From Candidatus Falkowbacteria bacterium (GTDB lineage Bacteria > Patescibacteriota > Patescibacteriia > XYB2-FULL-38-15): a stretch of DNA of 64,000 nt. Shown here one piece after another: positions 35,794 to 46,061 of the stretch (position 1 is the stretch's first letter; every line of letters starts with the position of its first letter). The stretch lies in NCBI GenBank assembly GCA_016214745.1, contig JACRNW010000001.1, positions 1,038 through 65,037 of the forward strand, read 5' to 3'. The notes under the pieces were generated by a model. That model ran no database searches. It was not told the origin of the DNA and worked only from the letters and a program-made list of their open reading frames with translations. Made by a program: the position numbers and the translations under genes.

Positions 35794-36189
35794 TTACTTT
35801 TTTAATTTTTTAATCGCGTCATGCAATGCCTCAACCGCGAGCACCGAACAGTGAAGTTTAATCGGCGGCAGACCGCCGAGCGATTCGGCGATATTGGCTT
35901 TTGTAACTTTCGCCGCGACTTCCAGAGGCTGGCCTTTTACCAAATCCGTAATCATAGAAGAAGTAGCAATGGCCGCGGCGCAACCCAAAGTTTCAAATTT
36001 TATATCTTTAATATAATCAACCTCTTTTCCGCCGACTTTTTTCTTATCAATCTTTAAATATAATTTCATCATGTCGCCGCAAAGAGGATTTCCCGATTCG
36101 CCAACCACAGTCGGATTTTTAATCACGCCTTGATTGTGCGGACTCTTAAAATGTTTGATGACTTCCTTTGAATATATAACTTGAGACAT
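35794..36189 (-). CDS. iscU: Fe-S cluster assembly scaffold IscU
   Basis: GNPLCGD...GCAAAIATSSM...LPPIKLHCSVLA (LPPVK-type motif). Confidence 0.85.
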   Translation of the reverse strand: MSQVIYSKEVIKHFKSPHNQGVIKNPTVVGESGNPLCGDMMKLYLKIDKKKVGGKEVDYIKDIKFETLGCAAAIATSSMITDLVKGQPLEVAAKVTKANIAESLGGLPPIKLHCSVLAVEALHDAIKKLKK

Positions 36190-36199
36190 AAAAAATAAA

Positions 36200-36577
36200 T
36201 TAAGCTGCTATTCTCTTTTTTTGATTTAAAAAATCGTCTAAACGCCGATAGTAATCTTTTATTTCTTCCTTCCCGCTCCCGTCTTCTCTTTCCAAAATTT
36301 TTCTATTTTGCTCCAACGCTTCCTTAATATCACCAACAATCTCCATATCATTGGGAGCGAGTGCTTTGTCCAATTTCTCAAACAATTTATCAATCTTCAC
36401 AACCGCCACCATTCTTCTTTTTCCCTCAACAACCATTTCTTTTGACATTTCTTCTTCACCATCTTTTAAAGACTCATTGTATGCCCTTTTTTCTTCTAAT
36501 ATTTTTTCTAACGTTTCTTCTGGTAGTTCTTCCTCCTCGTCTATCTCCGGGAAAGAAGAAATTTCTGATTTTTTCAT
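36200..36577 (-). CDS. acidic hypothetical protein
   Basis: 125 aa, E/D/K-rich. Confidence 0.4.
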   Translation of the reverse strand: MKKSEISSFPEIDEEEELPEETLEKILEEKRAYNESLKDGEEEMSKEMVVEGKRRMVAVVKIDKLFEKLDKALAPNDMEIVGDIKEALEQNRKILEREDGSGKEEIKDYYRRLDDFLNQKKRIAA

Positions 36578-36586
36578 AAATAAATT

Positions 36587-36841
36587 TTAAGCCGCTTTTT
36601 TAATGGCGCTCTCAAGTCTTTTATAATAAGTGTCTATCGTCTCTTGCGCTTCCTTGCCAAAAAGTTTATGGTATCTTTTTAACGCCTCCCTTGCTTCGCT
36701 GGCTATTTCTCCTTGCTGTTCCTCGGGCAAATTGCCTTTCTCCAGTTCTCCCAACAATCGGTCAAGTGTTGCCATTATTTCCACCTCAGCCGTAGCTTCC
36801 GGAGACATCGGCTCCCTATCGTCATATTGTGGTTTTCCCAT
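36587..36841 (-). CDS. hypothetical protein
   Basis: 84-aa ORF. Confidence 0.4.
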   Translation of the reverse strand: MGKPQYDDREPMSPEATAEVEIMATLDRLLGELEKGNLPEEQQGEIASEAREALKRYHKLFGKEAQETIDTYYKRLESAIKKAA

Positions 36842-36916
36842 ATAAAATAAACTAAAGATTTAATCCTCCATTTTTCAATTATATCTTATTCTCACTTAAA
36901 ATTCAAGGGGTGTCAT

Positions 36917-36945
36917 TTGACATTTTAGGAACAATCATCTAAAAT
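36917..36945 (+). promoter_or_regulatory. sigma70-type promoter upstream of 36980 gene
   Basis: TTGACA (36917..36922), a 17-nt spacer, TAAAAT (36940..36945). Confidence 0.5.
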
Positions 36946-36979
36946 GGGAATATAAAAAAATAATCTTAAATTAAACAAT

Positions 36980-37297
36980 ATGGGACCAGAAAGAAGAGAG
37001 GCGCCACCACAAGAATACGGCGTGGAACAATTTAAGGGTGACTTGCAAAGAGAACTTGAGCAAGAATTACGAGATTGGGAACTCGATCTCCAATCGCGAG
37101 ATCAAGGAGATACCGATGCCTTAGAAATAGCGCTAAAGCACGTACGATTTAAAAGGGGCAAAAAGGATGAAGAAGGGGTAAGTGAAGAAATCGAAAATAG
37201 CGCCCAGGGATTTATAACAAGAGAATTGGAAAGAGAAGATATCCGCAGAAGGATGGAAGCGATTAGACGCGTCCTTGCCAAACTTTCCGGAAAATAA
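36980..37297 (+). CDS. hypothetical protein
   Basis: 105-aa ORF located directly after the promoter. Confidence 0.45.
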   Translation: MGPERREAPPQEYGVEQFKGDLQRELEQELRDWELDLQSRDQGDTDALEIALKHVRFKRGKKDEEGVSEEIENSAQGFITRELEREDIRRRMEAIRRVLAKLSGK

Positions 37298-37352
37298 ATT
37301 ATATCCAGTAACTTTCAACTTTACAAACTTTATAACTTTATAAACTAAAAAT

Positions 37353-37637
37353 ATGGCTCATAAAAAAGCAGGCGGTTCTACTAGTTTAGGCCGCGATTCA
37401 CAAGCTCAACGCTTAGGCGTAAAAATGACCGAAGGCCAAATGGCTTTTCCTGGCCGGATTTTGGTTCGCCAACGCGGAACAAAAATCCATCCCGGTAAAA
37501 ACGTCCGCCGAGGAAGCGATGATACTTTATACGCCGTCGCCGAAGGAATGGTAAAGTTCACCACGAGAAAAAAGACTAAATTTGACGGACATTTACGCAT
37601 GACAAAAATTGTAAACGTCATGCCTAAAGAAGCATAA
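37353..37637 (+). CDS. rpmA: 50S ribosomal protein L27
   Basis: [24 protein letters not shown]...[10 protein letters not shown]. Confidence 0.9.
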   Translation: MAHKKAGGSTSLGRDSQAQRLGVKMTEGQMAFPGRILVRQRGTKIHPGKNVRRGSDDTLYAVAEGMVKFTTRKKTKFDGHLRMTKIVNVMPKEA

Positions 37638-37704
37638 ACCAAGACAAAATATTTAACTAAAAGGACAGTCCTCGTACACAAGGACTGTCCTTTTAGAAAC
37701 TATA

Positions 37705-38499
37705 TTATTTTTCCACGACCACCATTACCCGCGCGCCAGTTCTCATATCTGGTTCTGGCCGAGGATCCTGGTAGGCCCGCACCCCGCCCACCCAATCATG
37801 TACTGCCCAAAGCAAATCACCGTACAAATAACGATACGCTTCGCCGCGGCGCGTCCCCGGGTCATTTGTAATGAACTCGGTCTGATTATAACCGCGAATC
37901 ACGAGCATATGATAAAGCGGCCCCGGTTGTTTATAATATGGATTGCCGACGTCCCGGCCAGCCAACGGCACAATAATTAAATCTCCGGCGACTAATTTTT
38001 TCTTAATTTCCGTTTCCGTCACCATTTTATCAAGAGACGACTTGAGACCAAAATATTTGTCTAAAACTTCCACCACTTGCGCCGCGGTCAAATCAAGCGG
38101 ATAACCGTTGTCATCCTCCCATTTTACCAACTTCAAAATTTCCTCTGCCATTATGTTATTGTCCAATTTTTCATTTTTAAAATATTTCGCGACCATAATC
38201 ATTGATGCTTCCTCGCAGGCCTCCTGATATGGCATACTCCAATCTCCAAGCGGCGCCTGAGAAGCAAAAGCAACTGGCGCGAGAAAATCAGCGGGCAGGG
38301 CGGACGACGTCTGAATTGCGTTAACATTTGCCGGCGGAACTTGCGACGCGCTATTAGTGTTCGCGCTTGTATTTGTGTTTACATTATAGTTAGTCGGCTG
38401 GCTATTCTGATTATTTTGATTATTAACAATTGACGACTGTGTTCCGCAGCCGGCGCCGACGAGAAATAAAATTGCGACGATGAAAAATAAACGTTTCAT
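37705..38499 (-). CDS. lipoprotein with peptidase-C39-like domain
   Basis: Lipobox LVGAGC, an N/Q-rich linker, then a C39-like fold region containing ...EACEEASMIMVAKYF... Confidence 0.5.
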   Translation of the reverse strand: MKRLFFIVAILFLVGAGCGTQSSIVNNQNNQNSQPTNYNVNTNTSANTNSASQVPPANVNAIQTSSALPADFLAPVAFASQAPLGDWSMPYQEACEEASMIMVAKYFKNEKLDNNIMAEEILKLVKWEDDNGYPLDLTAAQVVEVLDKYFGLKSSLDKMVTETEIKKKLVAGDLIIVPLAGRDVGNPYYKQPGPLYHMLVIRGYNQTEFITNDPGTRRGEAYRYLYGDLLWAVHDWVGGVRAYQDPRPEPDMRTGARVMVVVEK

Positions 38500-38550
38500 G
38501 GACTTTAATGATCTTACGTTTTAACAAATTAACCCGACCCCTCTTCCAAT

Positions 38551-40176
38551 TTACTTGCGTGATTTTAAACACGCTGAAATAAATTCTTTAAAAAGCGGGT
38601 GTGGATTTAATGGACGCGACTTGAATTCTGGATGAAATTGCACTCCGACAAAAAACGGATGATCTTTGATTTCAATAATTTCTACTAAAGAATTATTCGG
38701 CGAAGTGCCGGCAATCACAAGCCCCGCTTTTTCAAACTGCTCCCGGTAAGCGTTATTAAATTCATAGCGATGGCGATGACGCTCGGAAATATTTCTTTGG
38801 CCGTAAGCTTTATAACTCAGAGATTTCTTATTTAAAATGCAGGGATACGCGCCAAGCCGCATTGTCCCGCCATATTTTTTATTTTTGATTAGATTACCCT
38901 GCTCCTCCATAATATGGACGATTGGATTTGTTGTTTTGGGATTGATTTCCGCGGTGTTAGCGTCCGCGAGTCCGCAAATATTTCTTGCGAACTCCACCAC
39001 CGCCATCTGCATTCCGTAGCATAATCCAAAATAAGGAATTTTATTTTCCCGGCAATATTGAATTGCCTTAATTTTACCCTCAACGCCGCGTGATCCAAAA
39101 CCGCCCGGCACAATTACTCCGTCAAGTTGTTTTAAATCTTTAAGTTTAGACGGGTCTTTTTCAAACTCTTCCGAATTCAACCAAGTCAAAACTGGTTTAC
39201 AATTATGCGCCCAAGCCGCATGTTTGATTGCTTCAATCACGGAAATATAGGCGTCGGACAAAACAAAATTTCCGGTGGTAAAATATTTTCCGACAATGCC
39301 GACGCGCACTTCGCCCTTGGCTGTTTTTATTGTCTTAATGAGCTTCTTCCAATCAGCCAAATCTTTCTGCCGCGCGCGCATATAAAATTTAGAAAGAATT
39401 CTCTGACCTAGCTGCTCTTTTTCAAAGTTGAGCGGCACTTCATAAATTGTATCAATATCCGGCGCGGAAATAACATCGCGTTTGTCCACGTTACAAAAAA
39501 TTGAAATTTTTCTTTTTCTCGGTTCGTCAAGCGGCTGTTCGGCGCGGCACAAAATAAAATCCGGCTGAATTCCCGCGGCGTTTAAAAGCTGAGCTGCCTG
39601 CTGAGTCGGTTTGGTTTTCATTTCTCCGATTTTTGACGGAATCGGCAAATAACTAACTAAAACAAAAAGGACGTCGTCCGGACGCCGCTGATGAAGCATT
39701 CTCGCCGCTTCCAAAAATAAAACATTTTGATATTCGCCGACCGTGCCGCCGACTTCCACGATGACAAAATCCGCCTTGGCAATTTTTCCCGCCCGCCGGA
39801 TTCTTCTGATGACTTCTTCCGGAACGTGCGGCACAACTTCCACGCATCGGCCGCCGTACTCCAAGTTTCTTTCTTTTTGAATAACCGTCTGGTAAACCCG
39901 GCCAGTTGTCATGTAGTTGTCGGAATAAATATTTTCGTTCAAAAAACGTTCATAATTTCCAATGTCCTGATCTGTCTCATCGCCGTCTTCGGTGACAAAA
40001 ACTTCACCGTGCTCAACCGGGTTCATTGTCCCGGCGTCAATATTAATGTAAGGATCAATTTTTACCGCCGTCACGCGGAAGCCCTTACCTTGTAAAATTT
40101 TCCCGATGGAGGCCGAAGCTGTCCCCTTGCCGACTCCGGACATCACGCCGCCAACCACAAAAATAAATTTAGGCAT
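38551..40176 (-). CDS. pyrG: CTP synthase
   Basis: MPKFIFVVGGVMSGVGKG... and the C-terminal GATase domain GLCYGMQ...HRHRYE. The start is set at ATG 40176; the ORF track uses an upstream TTG at 40185. Confidence 0.95.
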   Translation of the reverse strand: MPKFIFVVGGVMSGVGKGTASASIGKILQGKGFRVTAVKIDPYINIDAGTMNPVEHGEVFVTEDGDETDQDIGNYERFLNENIYSDNYMTTGRVYQTVIQKERNLEYGGRCVEVVPHVPEEVIRRIRRAGKIAKADFVIVEVGGTVGEYQNVLFLEAARMLHQRRPDDVLFVLVSYLPIPSKIGEMKTKPTQQAAQLLNAAGIQPDFILCRAEQPLDEPRKRKISIFCNVDKRDVISAPDIDTIYEVPLNFEKEQLGQRILSKFYMRARQKDLADWKKLIKTIKTAKGEVRVGIVGKYFTTGNFVLSDAYISVIEAIKHAAWAHNCKPVLTWLNSEEFEKDPSKLKDLKQLDGVIVPGGFGSRGVEGKIKAIQYCRENKIPYFGLCYGMQMAVVEFARNICGLADANTAEINPKTTNPIVHIMEEQGNLIKNKKYGGTMRLGAYPCILNKKSLSYKAYGQRNISERHRHRYEFNNAYREQFEKAGLVIAGTSPNNSLVEIIEIKDHPFFVGVQFHPEFKSRPLNPHPLFKEFISACLKSRK

Positions 40177-40190
40177 AAATATCAAAACAA

Positions 40191-40282
40191 TTAATTACCT
40201 AATTACAATAAATTACTTAATTACACTTTTTTCTAAAAAGCAACGAGGTAACTGGGCAACTAGGTAATTAAGTAACTCAAAA
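40191..40282. repeat. AT-rich TAATTAC-unit palindromic intergenic element (family 2, copy B)
   Basis: TTAATTACCTAATTACAATAAATTACTTAATTACAC-TTTTTT-...GGTAACTGGGCAACTAGGTAATTAAGTAACTC is homologous to 2089..2168. Confidence 0.5.
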
Positions 40283-40729
40283 TTATTTCTCTTCTACTAC
40301 CCTCACCAAAATCTTCACATCCAGTCCCTGACCTAATTTTACCATAACTTCGTGTCCACCAACATCCTTAATCGATTTTTCTAATTTTATCTGGTCCTTA
40401 TCTATTTCAAAACCTTTTTTCGCGAGTTCAATCGCTATTTCCGAAACACCGATGGATCCGTAAAGTTTTCCGCCTTCACCAACCTTGGCCGCGATTTTAA
40501 TTTCCACGCCGGAAAGTTCTTTAGCTAATTTTTTTAATCGTTTCTCCTCGTGTGCCGCTTTTTCCGCCGCCGCCTTCTTCTCCATCTCAACTTTTGTCAC
40601 CGCTCCGGCCGTGGCGAGCCGCGCTAAACCCTTCGGAATTAAAAAATTCCGGGCGTAACCCTCGGCCACCTCTTTTGTCTCCCCCGCCCGTCCGACTTTA
40701 TCCACATTTTTAAGAAGAATAACTTTCAT
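40283..40729 (-). CDS. rplI: 50S ribosomal protein L9
   Basis: [36 protein letters not shown]. Confidence 0.9.
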   Translation of the reverse strand: MKVILLKNVDKVGRAGETKEVAEGYARNFLIPKGLARLATAGAVTKVEMEKKAAAEKAAHEEKRLKKLAKELSGVEIKIAAKVGEGGKLYGSIGVSEIAIELAKKGFEIDKDQIKLEKSIKDVGGHEVMVKLGQGLDVKILVRVVEEK

Positions 40730-40750
40730 ATCAGTTTATTATAGCACAAA

Positions 40751-41713
40751 TTATAAAGTAGTAATTGGCCTGGACTGGACGATGTAAAATTTCCTTTTTT
40801 CCAGTGCCCATTCAATATCGCAAGGAAATTTATAATGCTTTTCAATCGCCGCGCAGATTTTTGCGAGATCAACAATTTGCCGGCCGTCCAGTTTCTGGCG
40901 GTTCCGCAACTTTCCCGGCACTGGTTTCCTAAAAACCCCGGCAGGGCCTTTCCTTGTCCGCATCATTTCCTGCTCGCTTACATTTATGTCTAAAATTTCC
41001 CAATGCCTTTTGTCTAAAACATATGCATCCGGCGTTACTTCCCCGCCGACAAGCGACTCCCCAAGCCCAAAACAGGCTTCAATTATCATCTGATTTTTAT
41101 CACGCGTCACGGGATGGACCGTAAAACAAACGCCAGCCACTTCCGATTGCACCATTTTTTGCACCACGACCGCCACAGAAACGTGCGACCGGCGCAAACC
41201 TTTTTCATTACGGTAAAAAATCGCCCGCTCCGTAAAAAGCGACGACCAACATTTTTTTACCATGCCTAATAAATTTTGCCGCGTCACATTTAAATATGAT
41301 TCCAACTCTCCGGCCCAGGAAGCCTGCGAAGAATCCTCGGCCGTTGCCGAAGAACGAACCGCCACAAGCAAATATTTTGACGCCGCAGTTTTGGCCAAAA
41401 CGTCGTAGGCAGACAAAATTTCTTTTTGCAAATCAATTGGCATTCGCGCGTCATGGATCAAATCACGAATTTTTAGCGAGGCCTGATCAACCGAATTTAC
41501 ATCTTTATAATTTATTTTATCCAAAGCCGCTTCAATTTCCACTCCCAAATCCGTTTCTTTCAAAAATCTTTCAAACGATTGGGCTGTTACCACAAATCCG
41601 GGCGGCACATTAATTTTTGCGCTGGTCATTTCTCCGAGCGACGCTCCTTTTCCCCCGGCTAATTTCACGTCTTTTTTAGAAATTTTTGAGAATGGCAAAA
41701 TAAATTCTTTCAT
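40751..41713 (-). CDS. stand-alone PPDK_N ATP-grasp domain protein (PEP synthase / pyruvate phosphate dikinase N-terminal nucleotide-binding domain)
   Basis: VKLAGGKGASLGEMTSAKINVPPGFVVT...AVRSSATAEDS...IVQSRPITTL. It has the PPDK_N domain and no His or TIM domain. Confidence 0.8.
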   Translation of the reverse strand: MKEFILPFSKISKKDVKLAGGKGASLGEMTSAKINVPPGFVVTAQSFERFLKETDLGVEIEAALDKINYKDVNSVDQASLKIRDLIHDARMPIDLQKEILSAYDVLAKTAASKYLLVAVRSSATAEDSSQASWAGELESYLNVTRQNLLGMVKKCWSSLFTERAIFYRNEKGLRRSHVSVAVVVQKMVQSEVAGVCFTVHPVTRDKNQMIIEACFGLGESLVGGEVTPDAYVLDKRHWEILDINVSEQEMMRTRKGPAGVFRKPVPGKLRNRQKLDGRQIVDLAKICAAIEKHYKFPCDIEWALEKRKFYIVQSRPITTL

Positions 41714-41723
41714 ATAATTTAAA

Positions 41724-43340
41724 TTATTTAATAATTTTTACCACGCCGTGATTGGCGTCCACCTCTACTATATCGCCATCTTTTAAAACCTTTGTCGCGA
41801 TTTTGGTGCCGATGACACAGGGAATACGAAGTTCGCGAGCCACAATTGCCGCATGAGAAGTTACCCCACCCTGCTCCGTAACAATAGCTGCGGCTTTTTT
41901 CATGGCTGATACTAAATCTGGATTAGTGGCGATAGAAACTAAAATATCGCCCTTCCGCATCTTTTCCATGTCTTCGGGATTGATAACAATTCTCACCGCA
42001 CCCTTCGCTTTTCCTACACAACCACACTGACCTTTTATTTCGCTGACTTCTTCTGCCCCTTTTTCCCGAACTGATTCCGCTAACCTTTTTGCCTTCTCGC
42101 CCGTAAAGACCACGTCTCTCTCCTTTTCGGCGTAATAAACGCAAAGTTTTGTCCGCTTCTTAATTTCTTTTTTATCAAGTCTACTTTTCAAAAGAGCTGC
42201 CCCAACTTCCTGCGGCAGCATAAATTTTACTTGCATCAAACTCAAACCCAGTCTTCTTCCGATCTCCCGTAAAATCGCTTCCATTTGATAAATAGCAAAT
42301 ATCTGCGCATAACGGCGGTATATTTTTGTAATCATAAAATTGCCAAAAGCATCAAAAATTTTTCTCCAGCCGCCTTTGATTTTCAATTTTTTAATCAATG
42401 CATTTCTTTTTCGAACGCCCACTTTAAACTCCTGCTGCATTTCTTGATATTTCTTTTCCAAATCACCTGATACCACAAGCCTCACCAATTCTTTCAGATA
42501 ATGATCAAAACTGTAAATCCCCTGCTTTTCAGTAAAAAGATATCTCATGTAAAAATACTTAAGATAATGTTTTTCTAAAAGTTTATAAATTTCCGGACCA
42601 ATTCTTTCTTTGATTTTTCCCGCTTCTTGCTCAAACAGTTCTTCATATTTTTTTGAATGGGTTTTAAAACCGTACTTTGTTACCTCCCCCTCTTTAAACT
42701 TTTTAAATAATTCCAGAAATAATTTGAGCTGATTTTTGTCTTGTTGAACTTTTTGACCAATTTTCAAAAGTTCCTCTTGTTCAACTTGAATAAGAGATTT
42801 TTGGATTGGCTGAGTAAGAATGACTAGATGTTCATTTATTTTTTCTTCGGAAATTCCAGCGTCTCGCAGATGCTCTTTTAATCGATTAGTCAGATTATTG
42901 TGAAACATGTCAGCAGCAACCGGAATCCATCCCCAACAATAATAGTCAGTGTGAATTTGGTCATGCTTATTGTAAAATTTCCACAACTCTCGTTTAGACA
43001 ATTGCGATAAATTATCTTGTGGCAAAGTATTGGCGTAATTTCTTAACTTATCTGACCAGATTATAATCTCTTTGTTGACCCGCTCGGCGAACTTTGGATT
43101 TTTAATAAATTTTTGGACTATATTCTCACCAACCTCAAAGGAATCATTTTCCCCGTAATAAAACCAAAGATGATAACCGCGATAAATACAAATAATTTTT
43201 TTATAAGCACGACCAGTGAATCTCTTAAATTCATTAACAAAATTTGAAAGCCAGATCTGAGAAAATAAAAAATCGCAATTTGGAATCTCTTCCCCCAACA
43301 TCCACAAGTCTTTGTCATTTAAATATTTCAGCTTTTTCAT
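41724..43340 (-). CDS. PEP-utilising-enzyme mobile (phosphohistidine swivel) domain protein with ~380-aa helical N-terminal domain, paralog 1
   Basis: C-terminus [30 protein letters not shown]. Confidence 0.75.
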   Translation of the reverse strand: MKKLKYLNDKDLWMLGEEIPNCDFLFSQIWLSNFVNEFKRFTGRAYKKIICIYRGYHLWFYYGENDSFEVGENIVQKFIKNPKFAERVNKEIIIWSDKLRNYANTLPQDNLSQLSKRELWKFYNKHDQIHTDYYCWGWIPVAADMFHNNLTNRLKEHLRDAGISEEKINEHLVILTQPIQKSLIQVEQEELLKIGQKVQQDKNQLKLFLELFKKFKEGEVTKYGFKTHSKKYEELFEQEAGKIKERIGPEIYKLLEKHYLKYFYMRYLFTEKQGIYSFDHYLKELVRLVVSGDLEKKYQEMQQEFKVGVRKRNALIKKLKIKGGWRKIFDAFGNFMITKIYRRYAQIFAIYQMEAILREIGRRLGLSLMQVKFMLPQEVGAALLKSRLDKKEIKKRTKLCVYYAEKERDVVFTGEKAKRLAESVREKGAEEVSEIKGQCGCVGKAKGAVRIVINPEDMEKMRKGDILVSIATNPDLVSAMKKAAAIVTEQGGVTSHAAIVARELRIPCVIGTKIATKVLKDGDIVEVDANHGVVKIIK

Positions 43341-44839
43341 ATTTTTAATTGTTTCACAACTTTTATTACTCCTTTTGTAGCGTCGACTTCCACTAAATCT
43401 CCATCTTTTAAAACTTTAGTTGCGATTTTGGTGCCAATGACGCAAGGAATTCCCAACTCGCGGGAAATAATGGCGGCATGGGAAGTTATACCGCCCTCGT
43501 CCGTAACAATAGCCGCGGCTTTTTTCATCAAAGGCACATATTCCGGCCTCGTCATGCCGGCTACTAAAATTTCTCCTTTTTCAAGCTTAGCGCCTTTTGG
43601 ATTTAATACTACACGCACCCGCCCCCGAACTTTTCCTCCGGAAGCCGCTGAACCCTTCAATATATTATCTTTGATTTGAATATTTTGAGCAATGATCTTT
43701 TCGGCAAACTTTAAATATTTTTTTCCAGACAAAATTATTCTTTCTCCGTCGTCTTTGTTAATTGATATAAATAACTTTTGGCGCCGTTTTATTTCTTCTT
43801 TGTCATATTGACCATTGGATTTTAAAAATTCAATAAACTCCGGCGCAATCATAAAATGTAAATCAACAAAGGGGACGTTAAACTTTTTGGCTGCTAATTC
43901 CATAATTGTACCGACGGCGTAATTCATATATAAGCCGGTTTTCTTTCTAGCATCTTGCCAAAAACTGGCCACGGCAAACATTTCTAAAAATTGTGCGTCT
44001 TTTTTTAATATTAAATATTTTTTAATCAATTCCCGTTTTTTAGATTTAATATTTTGTTCGTAGTTTTCCAATTTTTCTATTTCTCCCTTGATCTCCCGCC
44101 GAGATTTACCCCTAGTAAGTTCTTGGGCACTTCGCCAAAATTCCCTTTCGCTCACATTTTTATGTTCATAATAACCATTCTCTATCCAAAAATATTTCTT
44201 TTGATGAGATTGAATTAATTGTTTTATTTCTCGAGAAGCCGATCCGTAAGATTTGATTAATTGATCTTTGGCTTTCAGCGCAATGCGCATCAAACCAAGA
44301 TTATTTTCCGCCGAGAAACTCAAACGAGGCTCTTTTAATAATTTAAACAAATCATCGCCGGAAATTTTATATTTATTCTTTATTCCATTTATGTCCTCTT
44401 CGCCAATCATTGATGGCGCTTCAGGTATTGTGGCTCGCCCAAATTCGTAATGAAATTTTTCGGTAATCAATCTATATGATTCCAACAATGGCAGAAAATT
44501 GTTTCTTGCTCTTTGCTGGACAAGGTCAATAAATTCTTTCGCTTCTTTCTGCCAAATGTCAAAATGGTCTTGCACTTTTTTAATATTTTTCTTAAACCAT
44601 TTATAATTCTTAGCCAATTCCGCCTTGTCAAGCACCCAATGAGCTTTCCTGCCGCCATCAAAAATCACACTAAATAAAAATGTATTCATTGAAAACCCAA
44701 GCGTGTCTTTGCTACCGGCACACCAGGCCTCCTCCGCGAGATCATCAAAATGCGGACGCAAAACCGGACCATAAATAGATTTATCCTTTATTGCCTTCAA
44801 TTTTTCTTCCAATATTTGTAATTTTTCCCGGTCATCCAT
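43337..44839 (-). CDS. phosphohistidine swivel domain protein, paralog 2
   Basis: [30 protein letters not shown], plus the shared N-domain motifs ([12 protein letters not shown]; ...[10 protein letters not shown]). Confidence 0.75.
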   Translation of the reverse strand: MDDREKLQILEEKLKAIKDKSIYGPVLRPHFDDLAEEAWCAGSKDTLGFSMNTFLFSVIFDGGRKAHWVLDKAELAKNYKWFKKNIKKVQDHFDIWQKEAKEFIDLVQQRARNNFLPLLESYRLITEKFHYEFGRATIPEAPSMIGEEDINGIKNKYKISGDDLFKLLKEPRLSFSAENNLGLMRIALKAKDQLIKSYGSASREIKQLIQSHQKKYFWIENGYYEHKNVSEREFWRSAQELTRGKSRREIKGEIEKLENYEQNIKSKKRELIKKYLILKKDAQFLEMFAVASFWQDARKKTGLYMNYAVGTIMELAAKKFNVPFVDLHFMIAPEFIEFLKSNGQYDKEEIKRRQKLFISINKDDGERIILSGKKYLKFAEKIIAQNIQIKDNILKGSAASGGKVRGRVRVVLNPKGAKLEKGEILVAGMTRPEYVPLMKKAAAIVTDEGGITSHAAIISRELGIPCVIGTKIATKVLKDGDLVEVDATKGVIKVVKQLKI

Positions 44840-45118
44840 ATATTTATTTTTTGTTCATGTTTCTTTTTCAGTCTCCTTGTCCAATCTAATCGCGTCGCAA
44901 TAATGCGCAGACACCGCACCCATTTGACAAAATTTTCAAAATAGATTATACTATATTGTTTGGTAAAGGTGAAAAATTGTCTGATTCTAGACAATTTTTC
45001 CCATACTAAATTGCACTTTGATAGTGGGCAAAAATTGTTTGGAGACGCTCTATTTATCTCGGTTGAGGTAACGAGAGCGTCTTCAAACAACCGCCCCGAG
45101 GGGGCAAGGAGGAGATCA

Positions 45119-45727
45119 ATGCCCGCAACGATCGTCGTGGTTCGCCATCCCGAGAAGGACGGAGACAAGATCACCCCGCACGGCGCAGAGCAGGCCTTTG
45201 CGGCGGCGCTGGCGCTCGGCGAACGGTTCAAGAACTTCGAAGGGTTCGACCGGCTCATCCACTCCGGCGCGCACCGCGCCTGGCAAGCGCTCCGCGTCAT
45301 GGCCGCGGCCCTGGGTCTGAAACTCCCGGACGAAGAGCGCTCCTTCTTGAACTTCACGGCCACACTCACGCAGACGCTCGGCAGCTCCGACGCGTTCTAC
45401 GCCGAAGTGGCCAAGATGAAGGCGGCGGAAGGAACGGACCGGCTGACGCTCGCCATGGCGCTCCGCCACAGCGAGTTCGCTCGCCAAGGCCGCCAGATCA
45501 TGATCAATGGTCTCCTCGGTCTTGCCTGTGACATGGCGATGAGGGGCCAGGCGACGGCACTCACCGTTTCCCATTCGCCCTGGCTCGAACTGGCGTCCTT
45601 CGACACCGAGAACACGCCCTACGGCATCGGCGAAAGCGATGCCGTGATCTACGTCGTGGCGGGCGACGAAATCCTCGTCGGGAGCGAACTCGTCCGAGCC
45701 CCGCTCCCCGGCAAGCCGCTTTTCTAG
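45119..45727 (+). CDS. histidine phosphatase superfamily protein (SixA/PGAM-like), GC-rich (~64%)
   Basis: MPATIVVVRHPEKDGDKITPHG (RH-type catalytic motif) and a later TVSHSPW. A strong SD CAAGGAGGAG precedes ATG 45119. The ORF track's longer frame from 44960 is AT-rich leader. Confidence 0.55.
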   Translation: MPATIVVVRHPEKDGDKITPHGAEQAFAAALALGERFKNFEGFDRLIHSGAHRAWQALRVMAAALGLKLPDEERSFLNFTATLTQTLGSSDAFYAEVAKMKAAEGTDRLTLAMALRHSEFARQGRQIMINGLLGLACDMAMRGQATALTVSHSPWLELASFDTENTPYGIGESDAVIYVVAGDEILVGSELVRAPLPGKPLF

Positions 45728-45757
45728 CCTACCTCACCTTTCCCACCGAAGTGCATC

Positions 45758-45796
45758 TCCCACGCCCGGTCTCCTGACTGGGCGTTCTTTTTTTAT
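45758..45796 (+). terminator. rho-independent terminator
   Basis: CACGCCCGGtctcctgaCTGGGCGTTCTTTTTTTATTT. Confidence 0.5.
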
Positions 45797-46051
45797 TTAC
45801 CCTGTTAAATAAGATTTGAGCCGATTCCTTAAAAATAACTTGCCGAGATAGGTCTTTAAATACTTTTCTCTATGGGTGGCATCTTGTTGATTCAAACAAG
45901 CCTCATAATATATTAAAACTAATGGCCCTCTGTCTTTAGTAGATTCAACTTTCCTTTTTTGATGAAGCTCAAATCTTGATTTTAAATCTTTGGTATAACC
46001 TGTGTAGAATTTTTTATCCTTTAAGGACATCAAAACATATACGTAATGCAT
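45797..46051 (-). CDS. GIY-YIG nuclease superfamily small protein
   Basis: 84 aa. HYVYVLMSLKDKKFYTGYTKDLKSRFELHQ is the GIY-(10-11)-YIG module. Confidence 0.7.
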   Translation of the reverse strand: MHYVYVLMSLKDKKFYTGYTKDLKSRFELHQKRKVESTKDRGPLVLIYYEACLNQQDATHREKYLKTYLGKLFLRNRLKSYLTG

Positions 46052-46061
46052 AGATTTAAAA

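Noticed and set aside
36980-37637. rplU (L21) expected upstream of rpmA
   Set aside because: The 105-aa protein at 36980..37297 lacks the L21 N-terminal MYAVIKTGGKQ signature. It is called hypothetical, not rplU.
44797-45574. Minus-strand ORFs (190 aa, 152 aa) over the histidine-phosphatase region
   Set aside because: They are antisense to the GC3-supported, SD-preceded plus-strand gene. Their Arg/Ala/Gly-rich composition is typical of off-frame GC-rich DNA.
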